DNA of 64,000 nucleotides from an uncultured Planctomycetaceae bacterium (GCA_963833985.1 CAWIAD010000002.1:2656001-2720000), one strand, 5' to 3'. Shown: positions 10,627-21,309, numbered from the stretch's first letter. Translations and numbers: made by a program. The notes: generated by a model from the sequence alone, not told the origin.

Positions 10627-11310
10627 ATGACCATCGACATCCTCTACGAGGACAATCACTGCCTGGCGGTGAACAAGCCCGCGGGGCTGCTCTCGCAAGG
10701 CGATGCGAGCGGCGACCCGTGCCTCGTCTCGTGGGCGCGAGACTACCTGAAAACGCACTACGGAAAGCCGGGGAACGTCTATGTCGGCCTGGTCCATCGG
10801 CTTGACCGTCCCACCTCGGGGGTGGTGCTGCTGGCCCGCACCAGCAAGGCGGCAGGTCGGCTCTCCGCGCAGTTCCGCTCGGGCCAGGTCGCCAAGATTT
10901 ACTGGGCCATCGTCGAGGGCCGGCCGCCCGCGGCCGAGGGCGAGTGGGTGGACTTCCTGGAGAAGGACCGCCGCCTCAATCGCGTTCACCGGATCGATGA
11001 TCCCGGCGGAGACGAGCAGGTGGCCCGGGTGAGTTACCGGGTCCTGGGTCCTGTCGGCAAGCTCTGCAAGCTGGAACTGCGTCCCGCCACGGGTCGAAGC
11101 CACCAGCTCCGGGTTCAGCTCGCCGGCCGCGGTTTGCCGATCATGGGCGATCTCAAGTATGGGTCCGTGACACGACTGGATGCCAAGGATGGGAAGCCGC
11201 GGATCGCGCTGCATGCGCGGCAGGTCAGCTTCACGCATCCAACGCGCGGGGAAGTGCTCTCGATCGTCGCGCCGGTGCCGGCAGACTGGCCAGAGTCCGG
11301 GTCAGGATGA
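10627..11310 (+). CDS. RluA family pseudouridine synthase
   Basis: VNKPAGL, VHRLDRPTSG, TGRSHQLRVQLA, PIMGDLKYG, LHARQ. Confidence 0.93.
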   Translation: MTIDILYEDNHCLAVNKPAGLLSQGDASGDPCLVSWARDYLKTHYGKPGNVYVGLVHRLDRPTSGVVLLARTSKAAGRLSAQFRSGQVAKIYWAIVEGRPPAAEGEWVDFLEKDRRLNRVHRIDDPGGDEQVARVSYRVLGPVGKLCKLELRPATGRSHQLRVQLAGRGLPIMGDLKYGSVTRLDAKDGKPRIALHARQVSFTHPTRGEVLSIVAPVPADWPESGSG

Positions 11311-12952
11311 CGGGAACCGCGGAGCGGCCCCAGAGGGCCAGGGGAAGACCGACGCCCGTTGCCAGGATGGCGGCGTACGGTTGCCAGCCGGTGCTCTGGA
11401 CGGGTGCGGGATAGGAAGGGGTTGGCAAGTGAGAAGACAGCAGCGATCGGGAGGCCGAGGCTGAGAGCGGCGGAACCAGCGCGGCGTGCGACGGTCGGGT
11501 CTGCTCGTTCGAGGCCGCGCGATCGGGGCTGGCGGTTGCGGATGGCGGAGGGGCCGGATCGGTCGACGTGGTGCTTTCTCGCCGTGCCTGGGTGCGTTCC
11601 TGCTCGAGGTGTTCAAGGTATTGCCGCGCGGCGGTCCAGTACTCCTCGTTCTTCAGTCCCAGTGACTCGGCCTCGCGGCGCGCGATCTCGTTGCTGACCC
11701 GGTCCACGGCGATCCGCCGGATGTACCAGAGAGCGCCTGCGCGGGTGCCGTCGGAGTCGAAGAAGTAGAGCGGGCGGGCCTCGCCCATGGCGACCTCCAG
11801 GTCGAAGCGTGCCACGTGCGCGCGGTCGAGCGTCGTCCGATCCACGGGCAGGGCGACGTAACGCAAGCCGCGGCGTGCGGTCTCGGCGATGAACGCCAGA
11901 TCGGTCTCGGACGACGGCCGCAGGTCGACAAGGGTCTTGTAGCCCTTCTCGGAGAGCCAGTCGAGCCCGGCAGGTGTCGGTGCGGAGCCGGCCGCCAGCT
12001 TCAGATCGACGGCGACGAACCGGCGGATGCCGGGCGCCCCGCTCGTGGATCGTGAGACCTCGGCGCCCGGCAGGCCCGCCTCGGTCACCGCCGGGTCGGG
12101 CTCGCTCTCGGGACGTCCGCTGGCGGCATGATTCTCCGGGCTGGAGGCAGCCGAGGGCGCCGGCGCCGGCGGTGGCGCCGTCGGCCGCGCTGCCGCCGGC
12201 GTGGCGGCCGGTCTCGTGGGTGGCAGGGTGCGTGGCGCCGCGGGGGCCGGCGGTGGCGTGACCGTCCTCTCGGTCACGTCGCCGGGCAGGTCCAGTGGCG
12301 GCAGGTGGTCAAGCATGCTCGAGGCGGATCCGGTCACCTCGGCGGCCTCGGCTGGCAGCTCGTCGCGCGACGAGGAGGCCAGCCGCTGGGCAGACTCCTG
12401 CGCCGACCGGGTGGCCGGCACAGGTGTCGAGGTCAAGCTGCGAGCCACGGAACTGCCGGTGTAACCGTAGATTCGCGGATCGCCCCTCTGGGTTTCATAG
12501 CTCGAGGTCTTGCCCTTGGTGCTGGTGCTCCCGGTGTTGGACGGGTACGACCGCACCGGCGAAGAGCCGGGGCTGGCCTGGGGCACGGCCTCGAGATTGG
12601 TCGGGGAGTCCTGCACGTTGGACGGCGTGGTCCCGCCTGGAATGACAGTTCCGCCCGGCACGACGACCGGAGCGGCGCCCACTCCGACGGGCACTCCGCT
12701 GGGGAAGCATCCTCCGTCAGCCACGACCTCGGAGCCGCAGCTACTGCAACCGTGGCGGAACGGTCGCGTCAGGAAGCTGGTGGTGCGGCCCACGAAGCCG
12801 CAGGGACTGAACGGGCCCGACTGGCAGCCGGTCTGAAGCAGACATCCAGCCAGCAGGAGCCCGAGCGCCATGAGCCTTCGGCCATGCCCGCCGGGCAGGC
12901 CTGGCTTCCCGCGGTTGATCCCGCGGGCACGAAACCATCGCAAGCGGAACAT
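11231..12952 (-). CDS. Putative lipoprotein: Pro/Ser-rich linker, DUF442/tyrosine-phosphatase-like domain, C-terminal TM helix
   Basis: LALGLLLAGC lipobox-like segment; GYKTLVDLRP...GLRYVALPV...PLYFFDSDGTRAG; terminal hydrophobic helix; start position uncertain. Confidence 0.7.
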   Translation of the reverse strand: MFRLRWFRARGINRGKPGLPGGHGRRLMALGLLLAGCLLQTGCQSGPFSPCGFVGRTTSFLTRPFRHGCSSCGSEVVADGGCFPSGVPVGVGAAPVVVPGGTVIPGGTTPSNVQDSPTNLEAVPQASPGSSPVRSYPSNTGSTSTKGKTSSYETQRGDPRIYGYTGSSVARSLTSTPVPATRSAQESAQRLASSSRDELPAEAAEVTGSASSMLDHLPPLDLPGDVTERTVTPPPAPAAPRTLPPTRPAATPAAARPTAPPPAPAPSAASSPENHAASGRPESEPDPAVTEAGLPGAEVSRSTSGAPGIRRFVAVDLKLAAGSAPTPAGLDWLSEKGYKTLVDLRPSSETDLAFIAETARRGLRYVALPVDRTTLDRAHVARFDLEVAMGEARPLYFFDSDGTRAGALWYIRRIAVDRVSNEIARREAESLGLKNEEYWTAARQYLEHLEQERTQARRESTTSTDPAPPPSATASPDRAASNEQTRPSHAALVPPLSASASRSLLSSHLPTPSYPAPVQSTGWQPYAAILATGVGLPLALWGRSAVPVILTRTLASLPAPARRSRALPRALDA

Positions 12953-13504
12953 CTCAGTTTTCTCCCGTTTTCCGGCATCCTCCCGCGAATCGAACCGGCC
13001 ACGGCTGCACGAGGCAGGCTCCGGCCCGGTGGGCGACGGCACGACACACGGTCGCGCCCCGGCCTTGATCCGGACCAGCCATCGAGACGGCGACATGCCG
13101 GCAGCCTTTCTGGCCGGCCGGGGAACCCGGCGCGAGGCGAAGCACTGCCAGTGGTCAAAAGCGAAGACGCGCATCGGGATGCTCGGGGTGCTGCTCAAAG
13201 GGGATCGTTGACGGTTCCCGGACGCGACGAGAGGGTTCCTGGCCCGCAGACGCCAGGATGTCCAGATCGGAATCGGCCGGAAGCCGATCCCGCGGCTGGC
13301 AAACCTGGCCCGCACAGTCCGCCCTATCGGCGCCAAAGGGTGTGCAACCGTGGCCGACAACCCAGGTCAATCTGGGCAGTCGCTGAAACTTAGCCGACAA
13401 TCGGATGGTTGCCAAAGATTCAAGTGGGTTTCTAGAATCAGGTCTAAAGTTCATCTCGTGCAGTCGTTAAACTTTCCCAGGCTTCACCCCGAGACCCAGC
13501 CAAG

Positions 13505-14864
13505 ATGCCGACATCACAGGCTTTGCAATCGGCGAAAACGCATGGCAGCGCACGATCGCCGGCCGCCCTCTTCTGGCTCATCGGCCTGGTCGCGGCTGCC
13601 TGTTTCAGCCTGGGCCTGCGCAATGCGCCGTTCGTGGACGAATATGCTTACATCACCCAGTCGTACCAGCCCGATCTCGTCTTTGCCGGCAAGCTCAATG
13701 ACATCTCCTGGCTTGATACTCCGGGCTACGACCTGGTTCCCCTGCCAAAGTACTGGATCAACCTGGCGTTTCGCGCCGCCGCGATCGCGCGCCGCGCCCC
13801 GCAATGCCCTGAAATGGTATGACGATACCTCGTACCGCTGGGGCACCTCGTTCGACCTGCTGATCGCCCGGCTGCCCTCGGTCCTCCTGGGGGCGATCGG
13901 CTGCGCGGCGGTCTTTGCTCTGGGCACCATGATCCGGGATCAGTGCACCGGCGCCATTGCGGCACTGCTGCTGGCCATCAACCCGCTCTACGCCCTGCAC
14001 GCCCACCGCGCCATGTCCGAGCCTTCCTGCGAGGCGTTCTTGCTGCTGGCCCTGGTTCTGGGATTGAAAGGCTGCAAGCGGGTGGTGAGTAGGGACGGTG
14101 CCGCGGCGGGCGTGCGCTGGCTGATCGCGGCCGGAGGCGTTGCGGGCCTGGCGATCCTCTCGAAGTTCAGCGGCGTGCTCGCCTTGCTGGTGCTGGTGAG
14201 CTGGGCCGGTCTTGCCTCGGCCCTGCCGTTCGTGACACGGTCCGCGCACCTTCGCCTCGGTGCCGGCGCGGGGGGAGCCGTCGTGGCGGCCTGGGCCGTC
14301 TTCATCGCGCTGAACCCGTTCATGACGGCCCAGCCCGGCGGCGCCCTGCCGCCCCAGATCCAGACCGTCGCCGCGCTCTCACGCTGGCAGCGGCTTGGTT
14401 TCCTGGTGAAGCACCGTGCCCGGGTCTCCGCCGACCAGCAGGTCATGTTCCCGCACAATGCGCTGCACGGCCTGGGTGGGAGGGCCGCCGTGGTTCTCGT
14501 GCAGGGCTTCGGACGTTTCGGGCCGCTCGGCCCGCGCCAGTCGGATTCAACCCGCCGTTACGACCGAGCCCAGGACGCCGGAGTGCTCCTCTGGCTGCCC
14601 TGGGTGATCAGCGGCGCCCTCGCCGCCATCCGGCTGGGCAAGCAGCAAGCGGCCCTGGGGCAGGTGCCCGCCGCCTGGGCCCTGGTGGTCTGGGAAGCGC
14701 TCGCGGTGGCCGTGGTCACAGCGTACCTGCCCATGGCATGGGACCGCTATCTGCTGCCCATCCAGGCGCCGGCGGCCCTGCTGGCGGCCCTGCCGATGAG
14801 CATCGCCGCCGAGGCACTGCTGCTGCGGCTGCGCCGGCCGCGCTCTTTCCCGAGGCCCGGATGA
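13505..14864 (+). CDS. GT-C (GT39/ArnT/PMT-like) integral membrane glycosyltransferase; frameshift near 13790
   Basis: FVDE motif after TM1, ARLPSVLLG, AMSE, LAILSKFSG, WDRYLLP; many TM helices. Confidence 0.78.
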
Positions 14865-16393
14865 CACTCCCCCGGGTCCGCGTGCACTGGCTGGTCTTTC
14901 TGCTGCTGCTCTCCAGCTATGCCTTCTTCCGGCATTCGCGTGACTGGAACACCGCCAGCCGGCTCATCCTCACCTACGCCCTGGCCGACCGGGGAACCGT
15001 TTGCCTGGACGGCCTTGACGGGCACACGCGTGACATCGCCCATTTTCAGGGCCACTACTACTGCGACAAGCTCCCCGGCTTCTCGCTGGTGGCCACCATT
15101 CCTTACGGCCTGGCGAGGCTGGCTCTCGGGCTCCCCGCGCACCCGCTGCATTCCTCGGCCGAGGACCAGAAGTACTGGCCGGCCGACTACTGGATCACGC
15201 TGGGCACGTCGGGGTTCTTCACGGCATGCACGGCCGTCTTGCTGATGAGCCTGGCTTGCGAGCTGGGATGCTCACCGCGCCGGGCCGCGCTCGTGGGACT
15301 GGCTTACGGCCTGGCCACGCCGGCCTACGTGTACGCGACTCTGGCCTACGGCCACCAGCTCAGCGCCCTGGCCTTGCTGGGCTCATTCGTCTTGATTGCC
15401 CGACCGGGAAACCGCCGGGACGCCCTGCGCACGGGAATCGCCGGCTTCCTGGCGGCGTACGCGCCGGCCACCGAGCTCCAGGTGGCCCCGGCCTCGGCGA
15501 TACTTGGTCTTTACCTGCTCTTCCAGTGTCTCAGGGGCCAGCGCAGGCCCGACGCCCTGGCATACTTCGGCCTTGGCGCGGCCGCGCCCGTTCTGCTCGT
15601 GCTGGGCTACAACCTGTTCACCTTCGGCTCGCCCTGGGACATGGGCTATTTCCACGAAGCCACGCCCCAGTTCGCCAGGGTCCACAACCGGCAAAACCCG
15701 CTGGGCCTGCGCATGCCCGACGGCCGATTGATCACCCGGCTGCTCTGGGGCGAGTATCGCGGGCTCTTCTTTTACGCGCCCATCCTGCTGCTGGCACTGC
15801 CCGGATGGCCCGTGCTAGCCTTGAACAGGCGCTGCCGCCGGCCGGGCCTGGCCCTGGTTTCGTTGTCCATCGCCACGGCACTTTTCGGGGTGAACCTGAG
15901 CTATCCCGAGTGGACCGGCGGCTGGTCGACCGGTCCCCGCCTGCTGCTGCCGTTGATCCCGTTCGCCATGATCGCCGTGGCCGCCAGCCTGGCGGGCGAA
16001 GGGCGCTGGACCGGGATTGCGACCGCACTTGCCGTGCTGCTCTCGCTCGCCGGCGGTGCGCTCATGCTGCTCTTCCAGGGCGCGGGGGGACGCGTTCCGC
16101 AGTACGTCGAGGCGCCGCTGAGAGAGTTTGTCTGGCCACTCTGGACGGCCCGCATGGCCATGCATTACCTGCCGCTCGTGGCCATGCAACTCGCCAGCAT
16201 GGCGCTCATCTTCGGGACCGCGCGGCCGCGCCCGCGCACGGTCCACGAAGCTGTATCCGGAGCCCAGTCCCGTCCGCGGTCCGCGATGTCACACCTGGGT
16301 ATTGATCAGCAGCAGCAGGGCCGTCGTGCCGATGAGGATGCCCAGGATCCAGAGCGACAGCCGGGCGGCGTGGATCCAGATCCTCGGCCATGA
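14861..16393 (+). CDS. Multi-pass membrane protein, probable GT-C-fold glycosyltransferase; 3' end uncertain
   Basis: ATGA overlap with the upstream gene; YYCDKLPGFS, GLFFYAPILL, WTGGWSTGPRLLLP; the 3' end overlaps the convergent small ORF. Confidence 0.7.
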   Translation: MTLPRVRVHWLVFLLLLSSYAFFRHSRDWNTASRLILTYALADRGTVCLDGLDGHTRDIAHFQGHYYCDKLPGFSLVATIPYGLARLALGLPAHPLHSSAEDQKYWPADYWITLGTSGFFTACTAVLLMSLACELGCSPRRAALVGLAYGLATPAYVYATLAYGHQLSALALLGSFVLIARPGNRRDALRTGIAGFLAAYAPATELQVAPASAILGLYLLFQCLRGQRRPDALAYFGLGAAAPVLLVLGYNLFTFGSPWDMGYFHEATPQFARVHNRQNPLGLRMPDGRLITRLLWGEYRGLFFYAPILLLALPGWPVLALNRRCRRPGLALVSLSIATALFGVNLSYPEWTGGWSTGPRLLLPLIPFAMIAVAASLAGEGRWTGIATALAVLLSLAGGALMLLFQGAGGRVPQYVEAPLREFVWPLWTARMAMHYLPLVAMQLASMALIFGTARPRPRTVHEAVSGAQSRPRSAMSHLGIDQQQQGRRADEDAQDPERQPGGVDPDPRP

Positions 16394-16480
16394 TTCGTGC
16401 CGCGAGGCGGAGTAGACCAGGCTGATCACCATGACCAGGGGCAGCACCAGCCAGTAGACGTTCGCGGGTGCCATGATCAT
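16289..16480 (-). CDS. Small two-helix membrane protein
   Basis: 63 aa with LVMVISLVYSASRHE; ATGA-coupled to the upstream gene. Confidence 0.65.
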   Translation of the reverse strand: MIMAPANVYWLVLPLVMVISLVYSASRHESWPRIWIHAARLSLWILGILIGTTALLLLINTQV

Positions 16481-17040
16481 GCGGCACCTCCGGCCTTGAC
16501 CGGCTCGCCGGTGACGAGGGTACCGGCGGCGACGGCGCTCGTGCCGGCGTCGGCGGGCTCCTCCGCTTCGATGTACGCCGGGCCTTCAAAAGCGTCGTAG
16601 ATCGCGAGCACGTTCAGCAGCCCGGCGACCGTCGTGTAGATGGTGCCAATCTCCACCAGCTTGCTGAGCCGGGGTTGCAGGCCGTTGAGCACGTTCTGGG
16701 AAGGCTCGGCCATGAATCCCCAGAGCAGCTGGCCCGTGTCGGGCCAGAGCGTGTGGATGGTGCCCTGAATCAAGGCGGGCAAGGCCGCCAGTCCGACCCA
16801 GAACTGCCCCAGGTAGTAGAGGCAGAACTTCTCGGGGTTGTTGAGCGGGTTGATCCAGCGCCAGTAGACGATCTTGCCCTCGCCCAGAAAGAAGCCCGCG
16901 AAGTAGAGCCCGAGAATGCAGATCGCGTACAGCCAGCCCTTTGCGGTACGCCCCTGGTAGAAGTGGCCAAGCCCGGGAACCAGCCAGGCGAGCAGTGCGG
17001 CTTGGTAGGGCTCTTTCAGAGGGACCGTCGGTTGGCTCAT
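16477..17040 (-). CDS. DUF6677-like membrane protein
   Basis: AALLAWLVPGLGHFYQGR...IGTIYTTVAGLLNVLAIYDA. Confidence 0.75.
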   Translation of the reverse strand: MSQPTVPLKEPYQAALLAWLVPGLGHFYQGRTAKGWLYAICILGLYFAGFFLGEGKIVYWRWINPLNNPEKFCLYYLGQFWVGLAALPALIQGTIHTLWPDTGQLLWGFMAEPSQNVLNGLQPRLSKLVEIGTIYTTVAGLLNVLAIYDAFEGPAYIEAEEPADAGTSAVAAGTLVTGEPVKAGGAA

Positions 17041-17400
17041 GAGCAGAAGCTTGATCCGGGACCAGGAAAAGGAGGAGGTAACTCTCAGATGCTATCACGA
17101 GGCGGCACCGGGAATCTACCCGCGTTTGAGGCGCCGCCAGGTATGGCTCGATCTGGGCCGGCGCAGCCTGCGCGGGGGCGCACCGAGGCCGCCTGCTTCA
17201 GGGCCCGCTCGCTGCCGATGTCGGTGTCGATGACGCGGGGTTCCTCCTCCGGCGTCCCTGCCGTTCCATTCCCTCGGGTCTTATGTTAGGAGAGAAAGCG
17301 AGCTTTTCCCATGAACGTGCAGTCTGTCTGCGTCTGAGCGTGCACGGGATGGCCGTCCGAACGGCGAAATTCATGAGCCGATGAGGAAATCGAGCCGTTC

Positions 17401-19152
17401 ATGCTGACGAGAATCCAGATCAGGAACTTCAAGAGGTTTCACGACGTCGTCGTCGAACTGGGTAGCCCGGTGGTTCTCATAGGACCGAATGACTCGGGGA
17501 AAACCACGGCATTGCAAGCGATTGCCCTGTGGGACATCGGTCTGCGGCGCTGGATCGAAAAGCGCGAGGGAAGAACAGCGCCGGACAGGAGACCAGGCGT
17601 CACCATCAACCGCCGCGACCTGATCGCCGTACCGGTGCCCGATGCCGGATTGCTGTGGCGCAATTTGCACGTTCGCGCTGGTCAGAAGGCCAACGGCGTG
17701 CAGGAGACGAAGAACATCCGGGTCGAGATCATTGTGGACGGAGCAACCGCGAACCAGACCTGGTCATGCGGCCTTGAGTTCGACTACGCGAACGACGAGT
17801 CCCTCTATTGTCGGCCCTTGCGCCTCGCCGAGGGGAAAAACCCTCAACGGATGAAGGTGCCTGACCCGGCGAAGGTCGTTCGAGTGGCGTTTCTGCCGCC
17901 GATGTCCGGGCTGCTCGCCAACGAGACGAGGCTCGATCAAGGCGCCATCAATGTCCGCCTGGGCGAGGGCAGGACCGCCGAGGTCCTGCGCAACCTGTGC
18001 TACCAGATCTCCTCGACCGACGATGAATCGCAGCGATGGGATGGGCTCGTTGCCCGGATGCTCCGCCTCTTCGGAGTGACTCTCGAGCGGCCCAGTTATC
18101 TGGCGGAGCGCGGGGAGCTCACCATGAGCTACAGGGACCAGAAAGGATACCGGCTGGACCTGTCGGCCTCGGGACGAGGGATGCAGCAGACGCTTCTTCT
18201 GCTCGCGCACATCGAGGCGAACCCTCGCACCGTGCTGCTGCTGGACGAGCCTGACGCACATCTCGAGATCCTGCGCCAGAGACAGATCTACGAGATTCTC
18301 TGCACCGCGGCGCGCGAGCGAGCCTGCCAGGTCGTCATCGCCAGCCATTCCGAGGTCGTGCTCAACGAGGCCGCCGACAGGGACGTGGTCGTGGCGTTTG
18401 TCGGCAAGCCGCATCGCATCGATGATCGCGGCAAGGAGGTTTTGAAGTCCCTCAAGGACATCGGATTCGACCAGTTCTACCAGGCCGAGCTCACGGGCTT
18501 CGTGCTCTACCTGGAGGGCCCGACGGACCTGAACATCCTTCAGGCATTCGCAGGGGTTCTGGATCATCCCGCGATCGACGTTCTGGAGCGGCCGTTCGTC
18601 CACTACGTTCAAAACCAGCCTCAGAAGGCGAGGCGGCACTTCTACGGACTGCGGGAAGCGAAGCCTGACCTCGTCGGCTTCACGCTCTGTGATCGGCTTG
18701 ATAAGGTACTGGAACCCACGCCGGAGTTGCAGGAGTATGCCTGGCCGCGGCGCGAGATCGAGAACTACCTGTGCCAGCCGGAGACCCTGCTGGCCTTCGC
18801 CAGGGCGCAGGAAGAACTGGGGGCTCCAGGGCCCTTGTTCTCGCGTCAAGAGTCAGCGGCACGCGAGCAGGCCATGCGAGAGGCAATCACCGACAACATG
18901 CCGCCCGCCGCCCTGCGCGATCCGGGCCATCCCTGGTGGGTCAACGTGAAGGCAAGCGACGAATTCCTGGATCCCGCTTTTCGATCATTCCTGGCGAGGC
19001 TGGCCTTGCCTCCAGATCTCATGAAGAAGACCGATTACCACAGGCTGGCGCGCTTTGTACCCAGGCCCCTGGTCGCATCCGAGGTCGTCGTCGTTCTCGA
19101 CGCGATCGTGCAACAGAGCCGGCGGGCCGTTCCCGCGGCTCCGGAGACCTGA
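17401..19152 (+). CDS. ABC-type (AAA_15/AAA_21) ATPase fused to a TOPRIM-like domain; OLD-family-like nuclease
   Basis: IRNFKRF, Walker A GPNDSGKT, signature SASGRG, Walker B LLLDEPDAHL, H-loop SHS; C-terminal YLEGPTD, CDRLD, REIENYL. Confidence 0.82.
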   Translation: MLTRIQIRNFKRFHDVVVELGSPVVLIGPNDSGKTTALQAIALWDIGLRRWIEKREGRTAPDRRPGVTINRRDLIAVPVPDAGLLWRNLHVRAGQKANGVQETKNIRVEIIVDGATANQTWSCGLEFDYANDESLYCRPLRLAEGKNPQRMKVPDPAKVVRVAFLPPMSGLLANETRLDQGAINVRLGEGRTAEVLRNLCYQISSTDDESQRWDGLVARMLRLFGVTLERPSYLAERGELTMSYRDQKGYRLDLSASGRGMQQTLLLLAHIEANPRTVLLLDEPDAHLEILRQRQIYEILCTAARERACQVVIASHSEVVLNEAADRDVVVAFVGKPHRIDDRGKEVLKSLKDIGFDQFYQAELTGFVLYLEGPTDLNILQAFAGVLDHPAIDVLERPFVHYVQNQPQKARRHFYGLREAKPDLVGFTLCDRLDKVLEPTPELQEYAWPRREIENYLCQPETLLAFARAQEELGAPGPLFSRQESAAREQAMREAITDNMPPAALRDPGHPWWVNVKASDEFLDPAFRSFLARLALPPDLMKKTDYHRLARFVPRPLVASEVVVVLDAIVQQSRRAVPAAPET

Positions 19153-19197
19153 GGCAGAGCGGCACATGGTAGTCTTGATCGCCACTCATGGCCCGGT

Positions 19198-20007
19198 TCA
19201 TGGGACTTGCAGGCATTCCTCGGGCAGATGGCACTGGCCCACAATGTTCTCGACCACGCCCGAGGCGATGGCCTCGAGCTTGCGGTCGGCGGCCGCCATG
19301 AGGCAGAGCGCTGCCAGACCGTCAAGTCTCGCGGGGTTGCCGCGGCTATGCAGGTGCAGGCGGGTCGCGGCGCGCTGGCCGAACACCTGCTCGCGGTTTC
19401 CGGCCGCGGCGAGCTTGGCCGAGAGATAGGTTTCGACCTCGGAACAGGAGAGCGGCTTCAGGCCAATCGCCAGAGTCCAGGGGTTCACGAGCCCCGACGG
19501 CTCGAGACCCTCGTCGCTCAGGACCAGCACAACGGTGACGCGTCCCGCCGACCTGCCGGCAAGGTGACGGAGGTGCAATAGGTCCATGGCGCCGCCGCCT
19601 GCAACCAGCGGCCAGCCCTCGTCCACCGCGAGCACGACCTGAAAGCCCTGCGCCACCCAGGCCCGCACCGCTTGCTCCAGTGCCTGCCAGGCCTGGATCC
19701 GGCCAGAGCCGTCCGGGCAGAACGTCCCCAGCGCCCCGGCCAGCTTCTGGAAGAGCTGTCCGCCGTCCAGCGGGTTGAGCACCCGGGCGAATCGGCGGCG
19801 CGGATGGCGCGCCTCGGCCAGCGCCCGGCTCAGCACCAGGCTCTTACCCATTCCGGTCGACGCACGGAGCACGGCCAGTGCATGTCCGGCATCGACGGCA
19901 TGGAGCAGCCGCGCGACCGCCTCCTCGTGCCCGGCAAGCGGAACATAGATGCCCCCCCGCTCGCCGAACGGGTCCCGTTTCAGTCCCCAGTGCTCGAGCC
20001 AGCTCAC
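19198..20007 (-). CDS. ExeA/GspA-like AAA ATPase
   Basis: WLEHWGLKRDPF, ASTGMGKS, LAVDE, LHLHSRGNPARL; GTG start with a GGAGAG RBS. Confidence 0.78.
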   Translation of the reverse strand: MSWLEHWGLKRDPFGERGGIYVPLAGHEEAVARLLHAVDAGHALAVLRASTGMGKSLVLSRALAEARHPRRRFARVLNPLDGGQLFQKLAGALGTFCPDGSGRIQAWQALEQAVRAWVAQGFQVVLAVDEGWPLVAGGGAMDLLHLRHLAGRSAGRVTVVLVLSDEGLEPSGLVNPWTLAIGLKPLSCSEVETYLSAKLAAAGNREQVFGQRAATRLHLHSRGNPARLDGLAALCLMAAADRKLEAIASGVVENIVGQCHLPEECLQVP

Positions 20008-20155
20008 TCCACGGCTCTCCTCTCCCCAGTCGTCGCCGATACGATGCGCTGCGTGCTTTTGGCCCCAGCCGCGATTCCAGAGGCCGCCGCATCCCACCCT
20101 GTCCCTACAATCGGATAGGATGCGGGAGGGACTTTGGCCCGAATCGGAGCCGAGC

Positions 20156-20911
20156 GTGTCGCGACGTTTTTATTGCCCCGAACCACCCCGGAGCGGCCGC
20201 TTCAGTCTTCAGGCCGAGGAATCGCGTCATCTCCTGCGGGTCTGCCGCCACGTGCCGGGGGACGTCGTGGAAATCTTCGACGGCCGGGGGTTTGCGACGG
20301 CCGCGCGGATCGTTGAATCCGGTCAGGACGCCGCCGTCCTGGTCGCCGAAGGTCCGCCCATCCCGGACACGCCCGCACCCTGCATCTTGACCCTGGCCAC
20401 CGCGATTCCCAAGGGCGACCGGTTCGACTGGCTCGTCGAGAAGGCCACCGAGCTGGGGGTGGCGCGGCTGATTCCCCTGCGCTGCGAGCATTCGGTGGTG
20501 GATCCGCGCGGTTCGAAGCTGGACCGCCTGCGGCGCACGATTGTCGAGGCATGCAAGCAAGCGGGACGGAACTCGCTGATGGTCCTGGATACCCCGAGCC
20601 GCTGGACCGACCTGGTGGCCTCCTCGGCGCAACCATTTCGTTTCCTCGGGCATCCCGCCGGCCTGCCGCCCTCGCGCTGGCCGCGGCTCACCGGACCGTG
20701 CGAGGTCGTCCTGGCGATCGGTCCGGAAGGGGGGCTCAGCCCAGCCGAGCACGACCTGGCGCTGGCCGCTGGCTGGCTGCCCATTCGCCTGGCGCCGCAC
20801 GTCTTGCGCGTGGAGACCGCCGGGCTGGCGGGCGCCGCGGCGCTGCTGTCCAGGTGCGAGCCCACAGACCACGGCGCCGGCCCGTCCTCTGGTTTTCAGC
20901 CGGTCCACTGA
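20156..20911 (+). CDS. rsmE: 16S rRNA m3U1498 methyltransferase
   Basis: HLLRVCR, KGDRFDWLVEKATELGV, EACKQAGR, IGPEGG, VLRVETA. Confidence 0.93.
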   Translation: MSRRFYCPEPPRSGRFSLQAEESRHLLRVCRHVPGDVVEIFDGRGFATAARIVESGQDAAVLVAEGPPIPDTPAPCILTLATAIPKGDRFDWLVEKATELGVARLIPLRCEHSVVDPRGSKLDRLRRTIVEACKQAGRNSLMVLDTPSRWTDLVASSAQPFRFLGHPAGLPPSRWPRLTGPCEVVLAIGPEGGLSPAEHDLALAAGWLPIRLAPHVLRVETAGLAGAAALLSRCEPTDHGAGPSSGFQPVH

Positions 20912-21309
20912 CCGCCCGACTTGTCCTGGTAAACCGACCAGACGAAGCCGTCGGGATCTCGCAGGGCGAACTCGCGCCAGCCCCATGCCTGGTCGGCCGG
21001 CTCGCCAGAGACGCTGAGGATCGCCCCCTGGTCCAGGCAATGCGTGTAAAAGGCGTCAACGTCGTCCACCTGGAGCTGAAGGTGGATGCCGACGCCCAGG
21101 CGGGTGTCGGTGAACTCGTCGGCATGCGCTTCCTGAGGGTGGATCATCAGGGTGAAGTCCTCGATCCGCAGAATTGCCAGGCTGAACGGGGCACCCTCGT
21201 GCTCGGCATGGACCTGGAGGATCTCCGCGCCCACCACCTCGTTATAGAACTCGAGCGAGCGGCGAACGTCCTTGACGTACAGGAAGACGCTCGTGACCCT
21301 GGTCGCCAT
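20896..21309 (-). CDS. VOC/glyoxalase family protein
   Basis: LYVKDVRRSLEFY, VDDVDAFY, WGWREFALRDPDG. Confidence 0.9.
   Translation of the reverse strand: MATRVTSVFLYVKDVRRSLEFYNEVVGAEILQVHAEHEGAPFSLAILRIEDFTLMIHPQEAHADEFTDTRLGVGIHLQLQVDDVDAFYTHCLDQGAILSVSGEPADQAWGWREFALRDPDGFVWSVYQDKSGGQWTG

Noticed and set aside
12953..13504. Riboswitch or ncRNA in the long intergenic region
   Set aside because: GGCAAACC is present but the rest of the c-di-GMP-I consensus is not; no other recognisable motif.
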